Positions 27,810 to 40,713 of a stretch of 64,000 bases of DNA are shown here, in pieces (position 1 is the stretch's first letter; each line of letters begins with the position of its first letter). The notes under the pieces are model-generated. The model did not search any database. It worked only from the letters and a program-made list of their open reading frames with translations, and had not been told where the DNA came from. Made by a program: the position numbers and the translations under genes. Origin of the DNA: Batkoa obscura (taxonomy: Eukaryota); assembly GCA_030770535.1 (NCBI GenBank), contig JASVEC010000018.1, positions 124,001 to 188,000 of the forward strand, given 5' to 3'.

Positions 27810-30800
27810 ATGAACTACCATCCTCCAAGAAATATAGTAATTGATGGAAAAACATATTTTTCTAAAGAGTTATTAAAATCAAGGTAATTCTATATATTAT
27901 ATTTTTACCATCTGTTATACTCATTTGTTTATTAGGCTTTTTTCAAATACATATCAACAATTATTAATTAAAGATAAATTGGAACCTGAAAGTTTGAAAG
28001 AAGAAATTATTAAGAATTTAGATCGATTGTCATTAGGAATTGAAATTTATAATCAAAATACAGATGATCCATTTTCAAATAATATAACAACTATTGAAAT
28101 CGATAATATTATTTATGATGTGTCTGAAGGGGAAAGGATATTAGTTCAAGAAATATCAAGCTATTTCAAATTAGAAACTAAACTTTGTTTTCAATTATTT
28201 AAATGTTTCTTAGGCTCTAGATATTTTAAAGTAGAATGGGATCACTTATTTTTTTATTCCAAAATCAATAATAATAGAAAACAATCGTTTAGTATTGCAA
28301 CTGAATTTCAATCCTTAATGAATGCTTTTACTCAATTTTATTTTGAAGAGAGATTATTAAGTTATAATATATTAATAGAAATACTCAAAGCCAATTTAAA
28401 TGAGAAAGATTCTTTTAATTCTTATGCAATGTTAATTTATAAACAGCTCTTACCGGATGAAGCAAGTACAAAAAAATTAGTTAGAAGGTTATTAAAACAA
28501 ATCAATAATAATCTATGGAATATAAAAATGGAATTAATTAATGAAATTCAATTACAAACTTTATTAGAATATAAAGTTATATTAGAAGTAGTATTTTTAA
28601 TTATTGAAAATTCACAACATTCTAAATGGTTTATTAATTTATTTCGTGGTTGGTATATTCAATCAAATCGTCCCTTTTCAACTATTCAATTATTCAATAA
28701 ATTCAAAAATGAATTTAATAATATCAAAACATTAGAGTTAGCTATTTTAATTCAAATACTTCAATTAAATAAATTAGTTCATGATGATATTGTTGAACTT
28801 AGTGATCCTACTTTTCAATCTAATGAATTAGCTGAGTTATTAAAAGCATTCAATAATATTCCAATTAAGAATTTGAATTCACCTATGTTGATGACTATTT
28901 CTATTTTTGGTAATCTTCATAAAACTCAATTTTCAGATACTAATAGTGAAGTAAGTAAATTAATTAATTGTAATATTAATAATCCAAAATCAATCAATAA
29001 TGAAAGTGTAATATTTTATCAATATTACTATAACTTAGCTATTGAAAACGAATTTTTGGAAAAACTCAATTCAATTATGACTTCATCTATACTTAATCCC
29101 AATTGTATGTTAGCTACATTATTAAAAAAAACAATTCAACCCTTTTTACTTTCAATTTGTAATGTTTATCCACATTTTATTTCCAGTTATATAAATGATT
29201 ATTCTAAAATGATCTCGAGATTGTTTTATAATGAAGTTGAATTATGTGATTTGTATTGGAAACAAGAATTTAATTATAAATCTCAACGCTTTTTTTTGGA
29301 TTGTTTTAAACGATTCTTTCCAACTTATTATAAACCTTTTTTAATTGTACTCAATTCCTTAATAGGTCCTTCTGGATATTCAGCTAGTTCAATGGCTTAT
29401 TATTTGGCCAAATTAGATGTTGCTTGTATTCCATTTATACCTGAATTATTAGATTCTACTTATCAATACTTATCTGATAATTATACTATTATTGAAACTA
29501 AACAAAACATTAAATTATCGATCAGTACAAAAAATCAAATAATTTTACCTAAATACTGTCGTGGAATTATTACAACTGAAGATAATAATAATAGTGATAA
29601 TTGTTTAATTCATTGGTCATTAAATTATTCAGGTTGGTCTTATTTATTGGAATTTTTAAATGAAATTGGGATTAATTTCAATATTAATAATAATAATTCA
29701 ACTGCTTTTGAGGATTTAATAGTACCAACATTAGTTTTAATTAAGCATATTACTACTTATTATCCAAATGATTTTATTCAATTAGTTAATTCATTTTTAG
29801 AAGAAAATCAAAAAGAATATAATATAACTTGTATTTTACAAAGTTATTTTTTAATTTATCAAAGATTTAAAGAAGATAACAGTAAAGCATTAATTATTTT
29901 CAATAATATGTTAGATTTAATGAACCAATTATTTTATTATTATTCAAAAGATATTATTAATTTTATAATTGATAGAAAAGATTATTTTAATTACAATAAT
30001 AATAATAATCAATTTAATAACATAAGCAATAATATTAATATTACTATTACTTATTTAGAATTATTAAGTCAAATTTTATCTTACTTTATTCATGATATTT
30101 TACTTTCAGAATGTTTTAATAAGAAATCAAAGGATATTAATAATGATGATTATTTACAATTGAAATGCAATATAAAACAATTTATTTATCCAATATTATC
30201 TACTTTATTATCGGATTTATTTTTAAATTTTTCAAATGAATATAATTATAATCCAAATTCATTTTATTCAATTATATCCAAATGTTTTAAACTTTATGAG
30301 GTTATCTTTGATTTTGGCACCAATTTATATAGAATTGAATTTATTGAATTATTAGATCATATTAGATTACAATTTTATGATAACAAAATTAATATTAGTT
30401 ATTTGAAATTAATTGTTCGTAATATTGAATTAGTTATTGAAAAGAAAGAAGAGTATATTCTTAAAGGACAATATCAATACAGTTTAATTATGGAATCTAA
30501 TTTAAAAGATAGTTTACAATTATTATATAAAATATTAGTAAACAGAAGTCATATGAAGTTGAAATTTGGTGCTGAAATTGATGATATTTTTATGGAATTA
30601 TTTACTCATTTAAATGTCAATCTCAATGATTTAATATCAAATTTATTATTAGTTTTAATCAATTCATCCAACCTAAATATTTATGATATTACAACTAAAG
30701 TATTAATTGAAATATTTACATTATTAAATGAATTTCAAGTGGAATTTAGTATTACAACAATCCTTTTATTAAATCTAGATAATTTGATTCAACGTATTTA

Positions 30801-33564
30801 TTTTATATTAACTTCCGACATTACTAATTTAAATATTCAAAATCAAACATATAATTTATTATTTAATTTAATAATTATCAATAATGATTTATTTTATAAA
30901 TTATTTATTGGCGATTCAAATCAAACAAATATTAATCGTGACATTATCAATGATGAACCAAAAAAATATTCCATAATCAATTCCATTCAAAAAATCATAG
31001 ATAAATTAAATAATTCAATGCAAAATCAACAAAATCAATTAAATCTATTTTTAAGATTTTTGAATAATATTTGGCTTAATAGAAAACAATATCAAAAAGA
31101 AATTCAATTATTATTAAATAATAGCGATATTTGGACATTTTTATTAAAAGTTATTAATTTGTTACAAAAAGACAATAATAATAATAGTTTATCAATTTCT
31201 AGTTATTCATATTGTTATTCGATTGTTACTAATGAACTGGAATATTTCAATGAATTGAGTTTATTTAATAATATCAATAATAATTCAATATTATTAAAAC
31301 TCATTAAACAATTAGTAATATTTGAACAATTTGATAAAATATTAGAAGATATATTATTATTCTATAAAAAGAGTAATACTTTTTTGTTATTAGAACAACA
31401 ATTTTTAAAATTAAATTTACCATTAAATTTAATTAAAGTATTTTCAAATAATAACAACACTTTTAATTCAATATATGATAATAATAAGATGAAATTTATG
31501 TATGATATTCAAGCTATTAAAAATATATTAATGAATCAACAGTTGATTGAAATAGATGAAGTTAATTTAATTATTAATAACATTAAGATAATTAATGAGG
31601 AATATTTAGATAATTATTTAAATCAAAATTTAATTAAAAATTTCAATCAATTTATTAAAATTATTATGAATAATAATAATAATAATAAATATTTTAATTC
31701 AATTGAAAAATTAAATTTAATTAAAAAATTAATTCAAAAATCAAAATTAGTAATTAATCAAACTGATCAATTAAATAATAATTTTAATGAATTTGGTTTT
31801 ATTAACTTATCTTTATTAATATTGAATTTATTAAATGGATTAAATACAATCAATAATTTAGAATGTAATGATATTAATCTTATTTTTATAGAAATATTTC
31901 AATTAATTCAATTTAATTTAATATGGCGAAATCAAACAAATTTTAAAAGTAATCAAGAAATTGAATTAATATTATTAAACACTAAAAATTGGTATCAATG
32001 TATTATAATATTAAGTAATTATATTAAAGTAAATGGAAAACAATCAATGAATCAAAATTTATTATCTGAAATATTTTTTAATTTAGTAATTACTTTATTT
32101 TCAGATTATTTAAAATTATCAAAGATTCAAGAAAATAAATTGGAAACTGAAAGTTTTAATTATATTAAAAGTAATTTAATAGAGGCTTTGAATTCTTTAT
32201 TTTCAATAGCTTATACACAAGGTTGGTTATCAAATTCAATATTATTATTAAATAATAATCAACAATTTAATTCCAACTCTAAATTAACATTGTATAATAT
32301 AAAATATCAATTTAATATTAATAATTCAATGAAAGAAGCAAGTGAGTTAATATTGATTACTTTATGTAATGATTTTTTTAATTATTTAACTAAAAATGAA
32401 AAGGAGTTAAGATTATTTGCATATCAATTATTAAATTTAATTATTAAAATAATTCAATATTTTAATATACCTGAATTTTATACAAAGATCCAATTTATTA
32501 AACGATTTGAAGCAACAAATATAATGAAATTTCAAAGAGATGATTTGAAAGATTTAGAAATTAATAGTACTAATACTATGATTTTATGTGTTTATTTAAC
32601 TATTATTAATGAGCTTTATTTTAAAGATTTAATTGAAGAAAAGGAATTTAAATTGATTTTAAATAAGTGCAGAGATAATTTATTAAAAGAAAATTATACT
32701 TTTGAGACTAATGTAACGAAATTGGATATTACTCAAATTTATTGTTTAGATTTATTAGCTAATGGATATAGTTTATTGATTTTAAAAGGACAAGTGAAGA
32801 TAGAAGGAGAATTAAAGAATAATGAAAATGAAAATGAAAATGAAAATGAAAATGAAATTATATTATCATTAGAATATAGTTATTTATGTAGTATAATTAA
32901 TTCATTAATAAAATGGATAATAAATGATAATATGAAAGAAGAATCCCAAAATAATTTATTAGAAGTTTATTTAATTCGAAATTATGATATGAGATTAATG
33001 AATTGTTCAAAGAATAAGATGAAACAATTTTTATTGTTTAATATACTATTGGAAGGTTTGAGAGTAGTAGAGACTCATGCTAAAATTTACGGTTATGGTT
33101 ATAGTAATTATCAAGAAAATCAATTCAAAAGTTGGAAGTTTCAAAAGGAAGAAATGACGATTAATTATAGTAATAGTAATAAGTCAATATTAAACTATTA
33201 TTTATTATTAGATTTAATAATAATATTAAATAAAACAATAACAATTCAATTCAATCAAAATAACATGAATTTAAGTCAAACACAAGATATTACACAATTC
33301 AACTCCAGTCAAAAATTAATTTATAATCAACTTAGTATCATTAATATAGTTAGTAAAATTATTATCAAAGAATATCAAAATTTCATAAGGTTAATGAAAA
33401 ATAAAGACGATTATGAAGCGTTTATTTTAGTTAAAAAAATGCAAAAAGAAATGGAAATGGTCAATGAAACTATTAATACAACATTTAATCAATTAAGAGA
33501 AAATTATCAAGGATCAAAAGAAGTATTGAAGTTGGTATTAGAAACTCTAGAACAATTAAAATAA
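27810..33564 (+). CDS. NUP188: Large alpha-solenoid protein, probably nucleoporin Nup188
   Basis: Short exon 1 (ATG 27810) plus one 5.6 kb exon, ~1,900 aa and helical. FYFEER, RFFPTYYKPFL and LPKYCRGI...LIHWSLNYSGWSYL resemble Nup188 N-terminal motifs. Strongly N/I/L biased. Confidence 0.62.
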
Positions 33565-34379
33565 ATGAATCAGATGATAAAGAAGATAAGAATTAGATTT
33601 TAAAAGATAAATGTATTTTTAAAATATAAAATTAAAGCTATTGAGTTTTATTTTTTTATATATATTTAATTTATTTTATAGTTGATTTATTAATTGATAT
33701 TAAAGTTCTATTAAAAGATTGAATTTATTGACACAAGTTAATGACCCATTAGTACAAAATAAGGAATAAGAAGAATTAAAATAATTAAATTTGGATGATT
33801 AGAGGATTTTACTAAATTCAATAAAAACATTAATAAAAAAGCGTTTTAAATACTATTATTTTGATAATATAAGTCCACAGTACTAAATATTGAACTATTT
33901 TCATAAGTATTTTTAAGCTAGTATAATTTTTATTTAAAAAAACAAATAAGACAAGGATATTAATAAACATAGTTGAGAATAATATAATTTTTCTTTGTTT
34001 TAATTCCTGGATTAATTACATTAAAAATGTTGATTTCTATGAGAGCATTTATCAAATTTTAATATAAAATTAAATAAGCATAAAATCACCTCTAACTATT
34101 TTTAACTTCAACTTTTAACTTTAAAAAAAATATCTGTTAAATTAAGATAGATCAAAATTATTAAAATTATTACTTTTTAATTAATCAAATAATTTACTAC
34201 AAATTATTATTTTATCAGCCTTATAACTGATTGTATAATAATCATTTAAATTTATGCATAATTAATTTAAAGTTCTTTTATTTAAATTTTTTATTAAAAA
34301 AATTTATCTTTTAATTACAAAATTACTTTTATTTAGAATTTGTATTTAATTATTATAATAAAAATCACTATTCACTATT

Positions 34380-35098
34380 GGGGATGTTTTTTAATTTCAT
34401 TATTTTTCTATTTTTTAAGCGCTATTTGAATGGAAAAATTAGTAAAATTCTTAAATACAAAAATACATCCCCATTATTATTCTACTTTCTATATTCAGTA
34501 TTTTAATAAAAAATACAAAAAAACTTTCCAATAATTATCTTTTATTTTCAAATCATTTTTTAAGTACTATTGTTTAATAAAGTTATTGTGTTTTTTTATA
34601 AATATTTTATATAAATTAAATATAACCACTCTATTATTAATGCTATAATAATATCAATAATATATAAATATGTAACTATTTTATTTTATAGCTAAATTTT
34701 GATATAGTAGGAAAAAACATATAGAGATGTATTCTTAGATTTAAGAACTTTACTAACAATTTTTTTGCTTAAATAGTGTTTAAAAGAAAAAAATAATAAA
34801 GTCAAAAAAAACACCCCCATAGAATATAAACATTATAATCTATTTATGTTAATTTTAACAATTATTTATAATAACCCAGGATTTATAAAATTCTATAAAG
34901 GAAAAAAACTATTAAAGTTTACTAATAATAATAATAATAAATTTAATCAAGTAATATATAAAATTAATATTTTGAGAAAAATAAAAATAAAAACTAATAA
35001 ATGGGGATGTGTTTTTTTGTTTAAGAATTTTACTATAATCTTTCCACTCAAATAGCGCTTAAAAAATGGAAGAATATGAAACCAAAAAAAACAGCCCC
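34380..35098. mobile_element. Three MITE copies (34380-34472, 34723-34818, 35003-35098)
   Basis: Same TIR and core as 26004-26100, in mixed orientations. Confidence 0.85.
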
Positions 35099-35201
35099 AA
35101 ACAATATTACTATCAATTATAGCTTTAATATAGTTTTTTGATAAATGTAAAAGTCTCAAATTTAACATAAATAAAAATAAAAATAAAAGTTTAAAAATAA
35201 T

Positions 35202-36134
35202 TGTGAAATCTAGTACTCAGTGGTTGGAGTCAAAAACAGTTATTGCCTGGTTAACTACACTATAAATTGAAAGGTCTTAGTTTATGCGACTAAGATAGAC
35301 TTGGATTATGAAGAATAACTCGTAATAGGCCACAGACTATGTAAGGTAAATAGAATAGACAATACTAGTCTAAAATCTACGTAAAATACTATTAAGAAAA
35401 CTTAGTGGCTTTATTAAATGCTTGAGATATCAGGGATGTGAAATATCGCTTTGTCAGTCCCATGGTTAATTATAACATAACAATCGCCTAAGCTGTTGTG
35501 TTCTCGAGTTCAGAGGAAATCAATCCCATGTTCTTATTTTGATTTGTTATGAGAATTTCTAGCTCCATCCAAAAGAATATTATCTTCTCATTTTGATATT
35601 TATACTTTTCAGAGTATAAAAGAGTTTACAGAGTATAGTAGTTCGAGGCTTTTTAACTGAATTATTCCCTGATATTTCGTATATTTAATAAAGCCACTAC
35701 GTTTTCTTAATAGTATTTTACATAGATTTTACATTAGTATTGTCTATTCTATTTGTTTTATATAGCTTGTAACCTATTACGTGCTATTCCTCATAACCCA
35801 AGTCTATCTTAGTCACATAAACTAAGACCTTTCGACTTATAGTGTAGTCAACCCAGCAATAGCTGCTCTTGACTCCAAACCCTGAGTACCAGATTTCACA
35901 AGGGAATAATTCAGTTAAAAAGCCTCGAGTTACTATGTTTTAGAATTTCTTTTATACTCTGATAAGTATAGATATCAAAATGAGAAGATAGTATTCTTTG
36001 GGATGAAGCTAGAAATTCTCATAGGAAACCAAAATAAGAGCATGGCATTGATTGTCTCTAAACTCGAGAACACAACAGCTTATGCGGCTATTATGCTATA
36101 ATTAGCCATGGGGCTGACAAAGTAATATTTCACA
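35202..36134 (-). mobile_element. Solo LTR-like element (outer copy), split by a nested sister copy
   Basis: TGTGAAAT...ATTTCACA ends. The halves 35202-35436 and 35901-36134 are reverse-complement homologs of the inner copy. Strand is given relative to the inner copy. Outer flanks do not form a TSD. Confidence 0.8.
35437..35900 (+). mobile_element. 464 bp solo LTR-like element with 5-bp TSD AGGGA
   Basis: AGGGA|TGTGAAAT...ATTTCACA|AGGGA; TG..CA termini with an 8-bp terminal inverted repeat. Strand arbitrary. Confidence 0.87.
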
Positions 36135-36391
36135 CGAACTCACAACATGTATTATAATAAAATAAATTAAAACTATTAAGTGTTATAAGGTTTTATTTTA
36201 GATGATTGATAATATAACTTCCTAGTTCAACGTTTCATATTATTTGGCGAAAATTTAAATTGAAAGATTTTAAGTTTATATTGTATTTAAACTTTCAACA
36301 TAATCTCAGTTTATATGATAGACTGAATTTTTAAGTTTCATATTTAAAACAAGTTTAATTGCAAAATTATCAACTAAAAACAAGCTATCCT

Positions 36392-36792
36392 AAAAATAAA
36401 AATGTCAGTTGATATTTACAATCATTATTATATTCAAATTACCCAATTAAAAAGTAGTATATAGGGGGTATTTTCTTTGCATTCATCATTTTTTATGTAT
36501 TTTAAGTACTGACTAAGTGGAAAAATTATTTTGAAATTCTTAAAAAATACATCCCCATATGTTTGATTTATTAGCCTTATCTAGTTAAATTATATTTTAA
36601 TTAGATAAGGCTAATAAATCAAACATATGGAGATGTATTTTTTATTTAAGAATTTCACTAGCAATCTTTCTGCTTAAATAGCGCTTAAAAGATGGAAAAA
36701 ATAATGAAACTAAAAAAACATCACCATATGCTACTTTTTAATTGGGTAATTGAATACAATAATGATTGTAAATATCAACGACGTTTATTTTT
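36392..36792. repeat. ~400 bp imperfect palindrome centred near 36591, with a MITE in each arm (36463-36556, 36629-36725)
   Basis: ATATGTTTGATTTATTAGCCTTATCTA pairs with TAGATAAGGCTAATAAATCAAACATAT, and the outer arms (GTTGATATTTACAATCATTATT / AATAATGATTGTAAATATCAAC) also pair. Confidence 0.9.
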
Positions 36793-36837
36793 TATAACAG
36801 ATTCAAAGCCAAGTTCAATTAGTCGTAAAACCTGGTC

Positions 36838-36900
36838 ATGTTTCAGGGTGATCACATAATTTTATAGTCAAATGGATTTTTAAATAAAAATTGAAATTTT
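36838..36900 (+). promoter_or_regulatory. 63 bp block conserved upstream of both orphan paralogs, containing palindrome GTGATCAC
   Basis: Identical to the reverse complement of 58437-58499 while flanks diverge. TATAAAA follows about 25 bp downstream in both copies. Confidence 0.5.
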
Positions 36901-37068
36901 AGATTAAAGCAAAAATTAAAAAGTATAAAAGGTAAGGGAAAGTACTCAAAATTGTTAATTTCAATTTTAAAGTTCATTTCATTTTTTTGGCTTGGATCCC
37001 ATTTTTACTTTAACTTTGTATCACTATCACTTCAATCATATCAAGTTCACTTCTATCTTCTAGCCACA

Positions 37069-37428
37069 ATGCCAAAATTTACAAACAAACCTAATAATAA
37101 CAACTCCATTGATAAACTTTGCTCTAGAGTGGAAGCTTTATCAATCACTAATAGAATCACATCTAATGATATAGATCAATTAATAAGTAGAATTCATTCA
37201 CTAACGTTAAATGAAACAAAATCTATCATCCAACAAAAGTTACATCATAAGAGAAATAAAAAAATGGTTCAAGCGGAATCAGATATGTTATTAAATTCGT
37301 TTGATTCATATTTTATTCAAGAAATTAAGAGTAAAAAAGATATTTTTAGCCGTATCTTTAACAAGAGGAAGCGTACAATCCCATGTCAGTTAGAGTTTGT
37401 CATGGCTTCGAAGAAATATTACTTCTGA
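37069..37428 (+). CDS. 119-aa orphan protein, paralog A
   Basis: ATG 37069. Colinear and the same length as 57919-58278 despite many substitutions, which supports coding status. Confidence 0.75.
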   Translation: MPKFTNKPNNNNSIDKLCSRVEALSITNRITSNDIDQLISRIHSLTLNETKSIIQQKLHHKRNKKMVQAESDMLLNSFDSYFIQEIKSKKDIFSRIFNKRKRTIPCQLEFVMASKKYYF

Positions 37429-38137
37429 TTCGTTTCCCTTAAAATTGGATATTGATATCGTTCAATCATATGGAATATAGGGCTTATTTTGAGAAGTTTT
37501 GTTCGTAATACTCTACTTTTACCAAGAAACCAAGAATGGGTTTGCCATTTGAACATATTTCCGCTTTTCGAAGTGATTTCTAATCTTTGTTTATATACTA
37601 TTTCAAACATCTGTAATCTAAAAAAAACTTATTATTATTATTATTATTATTATTGTTATACAGTCCCATGAGTGAACACTTTAAATACTTTAGCTTTTAT
37701 TTAATAAACTATTTTTTATATTCAACTTGTATTTATTTTTTATCAAATATTGGAATATTTTCAATGAGCAATAATACTCAATGTCATTACACTCCATTTT
37801 AAAGCACTTGATGAATTGCTTTAACTCAACCATATAAAGTAGATATTCAATGCACCAGAACTTTGTTTATTGTGAGCTACAAGGGCATATAATCAATGAT
37901 TCATTCCTAACTTAATCTGAGTTCTTTATTAAAATCAATAAAGATAATAGATAATAATAGTATGTCTTTAAGTTAATCTCATCTTTTTAGAAGTGTAATG
38001 TTTTGTTTTATGTTTTAGATTTTACGTGGCTTGAATAATTGGCTCATAAATTGGCTATAGAAATTTATTGATTTCAATGTTCGATTTCAAATATCAACTT
38101 TTATTTTTTAATACAAATAAACATTCAATTCAACAAA

Positions 38138-38518
38138 ATGGACACAGATGATATAATCAATATAGGAGTAACAATGGTCAAAGCCAAAGAACTAAAAAAT
38201 ATGGATATGCCCCTATTGGGGAAGAATGATGCCTATGCTAAAGTGAAAATTAAACAACAAGAATATAAAACTTCAGTAAAAAGAAATGCAGGTAGTCAAT
38301 GTGCTTGGGAAGAAACATTTCATTTAAGGTTAGAAAAAGGGGATAAGATAGAAATTGAAGTATGGGATGAAGATTTATTAAGGGATGATTTTATTGGTTC
38401 TGTTTCTATTCCCTCAGACGTGATTTTTTCAGAGGGCTCGATTGAGGGCTGGTATCAACTTTATCAAGGTCATAAACAAAGTGGTAAAATCTTTTTGAAG
38501 ATTCATTATTTACCTTGA
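38138..38518 (+). CDS. Single C2-domain protein (126 aa)
   Basis: KAKELKNMD..GKNDAY, WEETF, IEVWDEDLLRDDFIG (Ca-binding Asp pattern). Intronless. Confidence 0.93.
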   Translation: MDTDDIINIGVTMVKAKELKNMDMPLLGKNDAYAKVKIKQQEYKTSVKRNAGSQCAWEETFHLRLEKGDKIEIEVWDEDLLRDDFIGSVSIPSDVIFSEGSIEGWYQLYQGHKQSGKIFLKIHYLP

Positions 38519-38974
38519 GGTTTATTTTTTTATTCTTTTTCTTCAAATAAATAATTGGAAGTTCAAAGTGATGAGGTTATTTGGCATTGTTTTGAGTTTT
38601 AGTTTATTAAGTAACATAAATCGAGATTGTTCTGTGGGATTATTAAGCTATTTTAATAAAATAAAATAAAATATACTTTATTTAAAGTATACTGAAATTC
38701 ATTATGTAAGGTTTATGAAATAGCTATCAAACCCCTCATTTAATGATAGATCATTTCTATTTTTCTTTATTTTAAATTACAAATAATAAGTTGGAATATG
38801 TCACAAATAAAGTAGGTTTGTTTTTCAATAGTAACAAATCCTATTTATTAAAAAGGTAATGCAAAATGTCCTTTTTCAAACGTGTTAAAGGAGTAGGAAC
38901 TTTTGATATTTAATTAATAATTAATGGAGATAATGAATAAGTTAACTAGGCTTTAAGAAAAGAGGATAATATTT

Positions 38975-39501
38975 GAGGATGTATTTTTGTATTCAAGATT
39001 TTACTCAATTTTTTCACTTAAATAGTGCTTAAAAGATGGAAAAAGTAATGAAGCCAAAAAAACACCCCCATTTAATAGATTTGAGGATGTTTTTGGCTTC
39101 ATTTTTTTCATCTTTTAAGCATTATTTGAGTGGATTAATTATTAGTAAAATGTTGAACATGAAAATAGATTCCCATTCTTTAGTTTGTTGTTTTACTCAT
39201 TTTTAAGAAACAAATGGAGATGTTTTGGCTTCATTTTTTCCGTCTTTTAAGCGCTATTTGAGTGGAAAAACTGGGTAGTAAAGTTCTTAAATAATCTGAT
39301 CTAATTTAAAAAAACTATTTGTAGTATTTTGTTTATTTGTTTCATTTGACAGTTACAACATTTAGGGATGTATTTTTGTATTTGACTTTAAAACTCTATT
39401 AAATGGGGATGATTTTTTTGATTTCATTACTTTTTCCACCTTTTAAGCGCTATTTGAGCGGAAAATTTGTTAGTAAAATTCTTAACACAAAAATACATCC
39501 C
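38975..39501. mobile_element. MITE cluster (38975-39069, 39083-39174, 39405-39501; fragments at 39216 and 39364)
   Basis: TIRs G(G/A)GGATG...CA(T/C)CCC; TSDs ATTT/ATTT and AAAT/AAAT. Confidence 0.85.
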
Positions 39502-39668
39502 AAATGGAGAGAATGACTAATAAAATCTAAAATAAAAAATAGGAACCTATGTCAAATAAGTATATTATTGACTGTTTATTTAAGAAACATATTAAATTGA
39601 TGAGATTCAAGTATATAAAAATAAGCAATCAATTAATATTCTTTTCGTCCAAAAAGATAAAATGGAGA

Positions 39669-39741
39669 TGATCCCGCCAGGGATCGAACCTGGAATCGCT
39701 TGTTCCGTAGACAAGCGCCTTATCCATTGGGCCACGGGACC
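39669..39741 (-). tRNA. tRNA-Arg(ACG)
   Basis: Reverse complement of 55607-55679; cloverleaf with anticodon loop CT-ACG-GA. Confidence 0.95.
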
Positions 39742-39914
39742 TTTTACTTTTCTCTTTACTGTAGCAATGTTATTTATTCTGCGTATTATTTACATTAGAA
39801 AATTTAAACTAAATCAAATTGCTTTTATAGTCTAAACCAATAAAAACAATTCTATCATTTTATTAAGCAATTCGAATTTTGACTTTGAACTTTTGTTCAG
39901 CAATCAAAAATAAG

Positions 39915-40493
39915 ATGAGTTTAAACAAAGCAAATCAATTAATATCCTTTGCTTTAACAAGCTTTAGGAAAAATATTTCACCAGTCGTTACCATCAACAG
40001 AAGCTTTTCAAATTCAATTAGACGTTTAAATACAACTGAAGGAAAGGGTAACATTCTAAACGAGTTTCCAATTTTAAAAGAAACTGCCCCAGTTGAAAAA
40101 AAGTCAAGAAAAAATAAGTCAAAGCTTGATAATGATAGCTCTTATTCCCATGTATTAAATGTTCATTGTTCGTTAAACAATACCATTCTAACTCTATGTA
40201 ACTCTAAAGACCAGGTGATTGCAACTGCTTCCAGCGGTACAGCTGGATTTAAAAAAGCACAAAGAGCTGGGTTTGAAGCTGCTTATCAAGCTGCTGTTCA
40301 ATTAGTGGAAAAAACAAAGTTAAAGAGACAAAATGTTAGTGAATTATTGGTTAAATTTAAAGGGTTTGGTCCAGGTAGAGAGGCAGTTTTTAGATCCATT
40401 CGTTCTAATACCGATTGGCCAGTAGCTCGTGTTACAGATACTACTCCTATCCCCCATAACGGTTGTCGTCCTCCAAAGCCTCGTCGTTTATAA
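39915..40493 (+). CDS. MRPS18: Mitochondrial ribosomal protein uS11m
   Basis: Basic presequence; NNTILTL, SSGTAGFKKAQR, KGFGPGRE, DTTPIPHNGCRPPKPRRL. Confidence 0.93.
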   Translation: MSLNKANQLISFALTSFRKNISPVVTINRSFSNSIRRLNTTEGKGNILNEFPILKETAPVEKKSRKNKSKLDNDSSYSHVLNVHCSLNNTILTLCNSKDQVIATASSGTAGFKKAQRAGFEAAYQAAVQLVEKTKLKRQNVSELLVKFKGFGPGREAVFRSIRSNTDWPVARVTDTTPIPHNGCRPPKPRRL

Positions 40494-40713
40494 TCAAATC
40501 TTATTGAGTATTTTTTAGCTATGAATTGTTTGAATCTTGACTCCTTTTAAACTGTTTCATCAATTTTAAGGGCTGAAGTATCTTAGAAATAGAAATAAAT
40601 TAAAATTCAACTTAGATTTTTAGAATGTATTTTAAACGTAGTTTGTGTATCATAGTATTTTGGTAAGCAATTGCTTGAATATAAAAACTAACTATTATAA
40701 TGTTTCATTATAT

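Larger units (their letters stand above)
36600..39758 (+). repeat. Left arm of large inverted duplication (diverged ~36600-37451, apparently identical 37452-39758)
   Basis: Reverse complement of 55590-~58640. Paired coordinates sum to 95348 at every landmark checked in the inner part. Confidence 0.95.

Noticed and set aside
34846..35168. ORFs on both strands
   Set aside because: Chance frames across a MITE and AT-rich DNA.
37419..37671. 60-63 aa ORFs, including the poly-Tyr ORF and its mirror at 57677-57859
   Set aside because: They lie in the 3' region of the orphan gene and run through a (TTA)n microsatellite. Their duplication only reflects the repeat.
38975..39501. CRISPR-like repeat array
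   Set aside because: Eukaryotic context, ~95 bp units in mixed orientation with TIRs and TSDs. These are MITEs.
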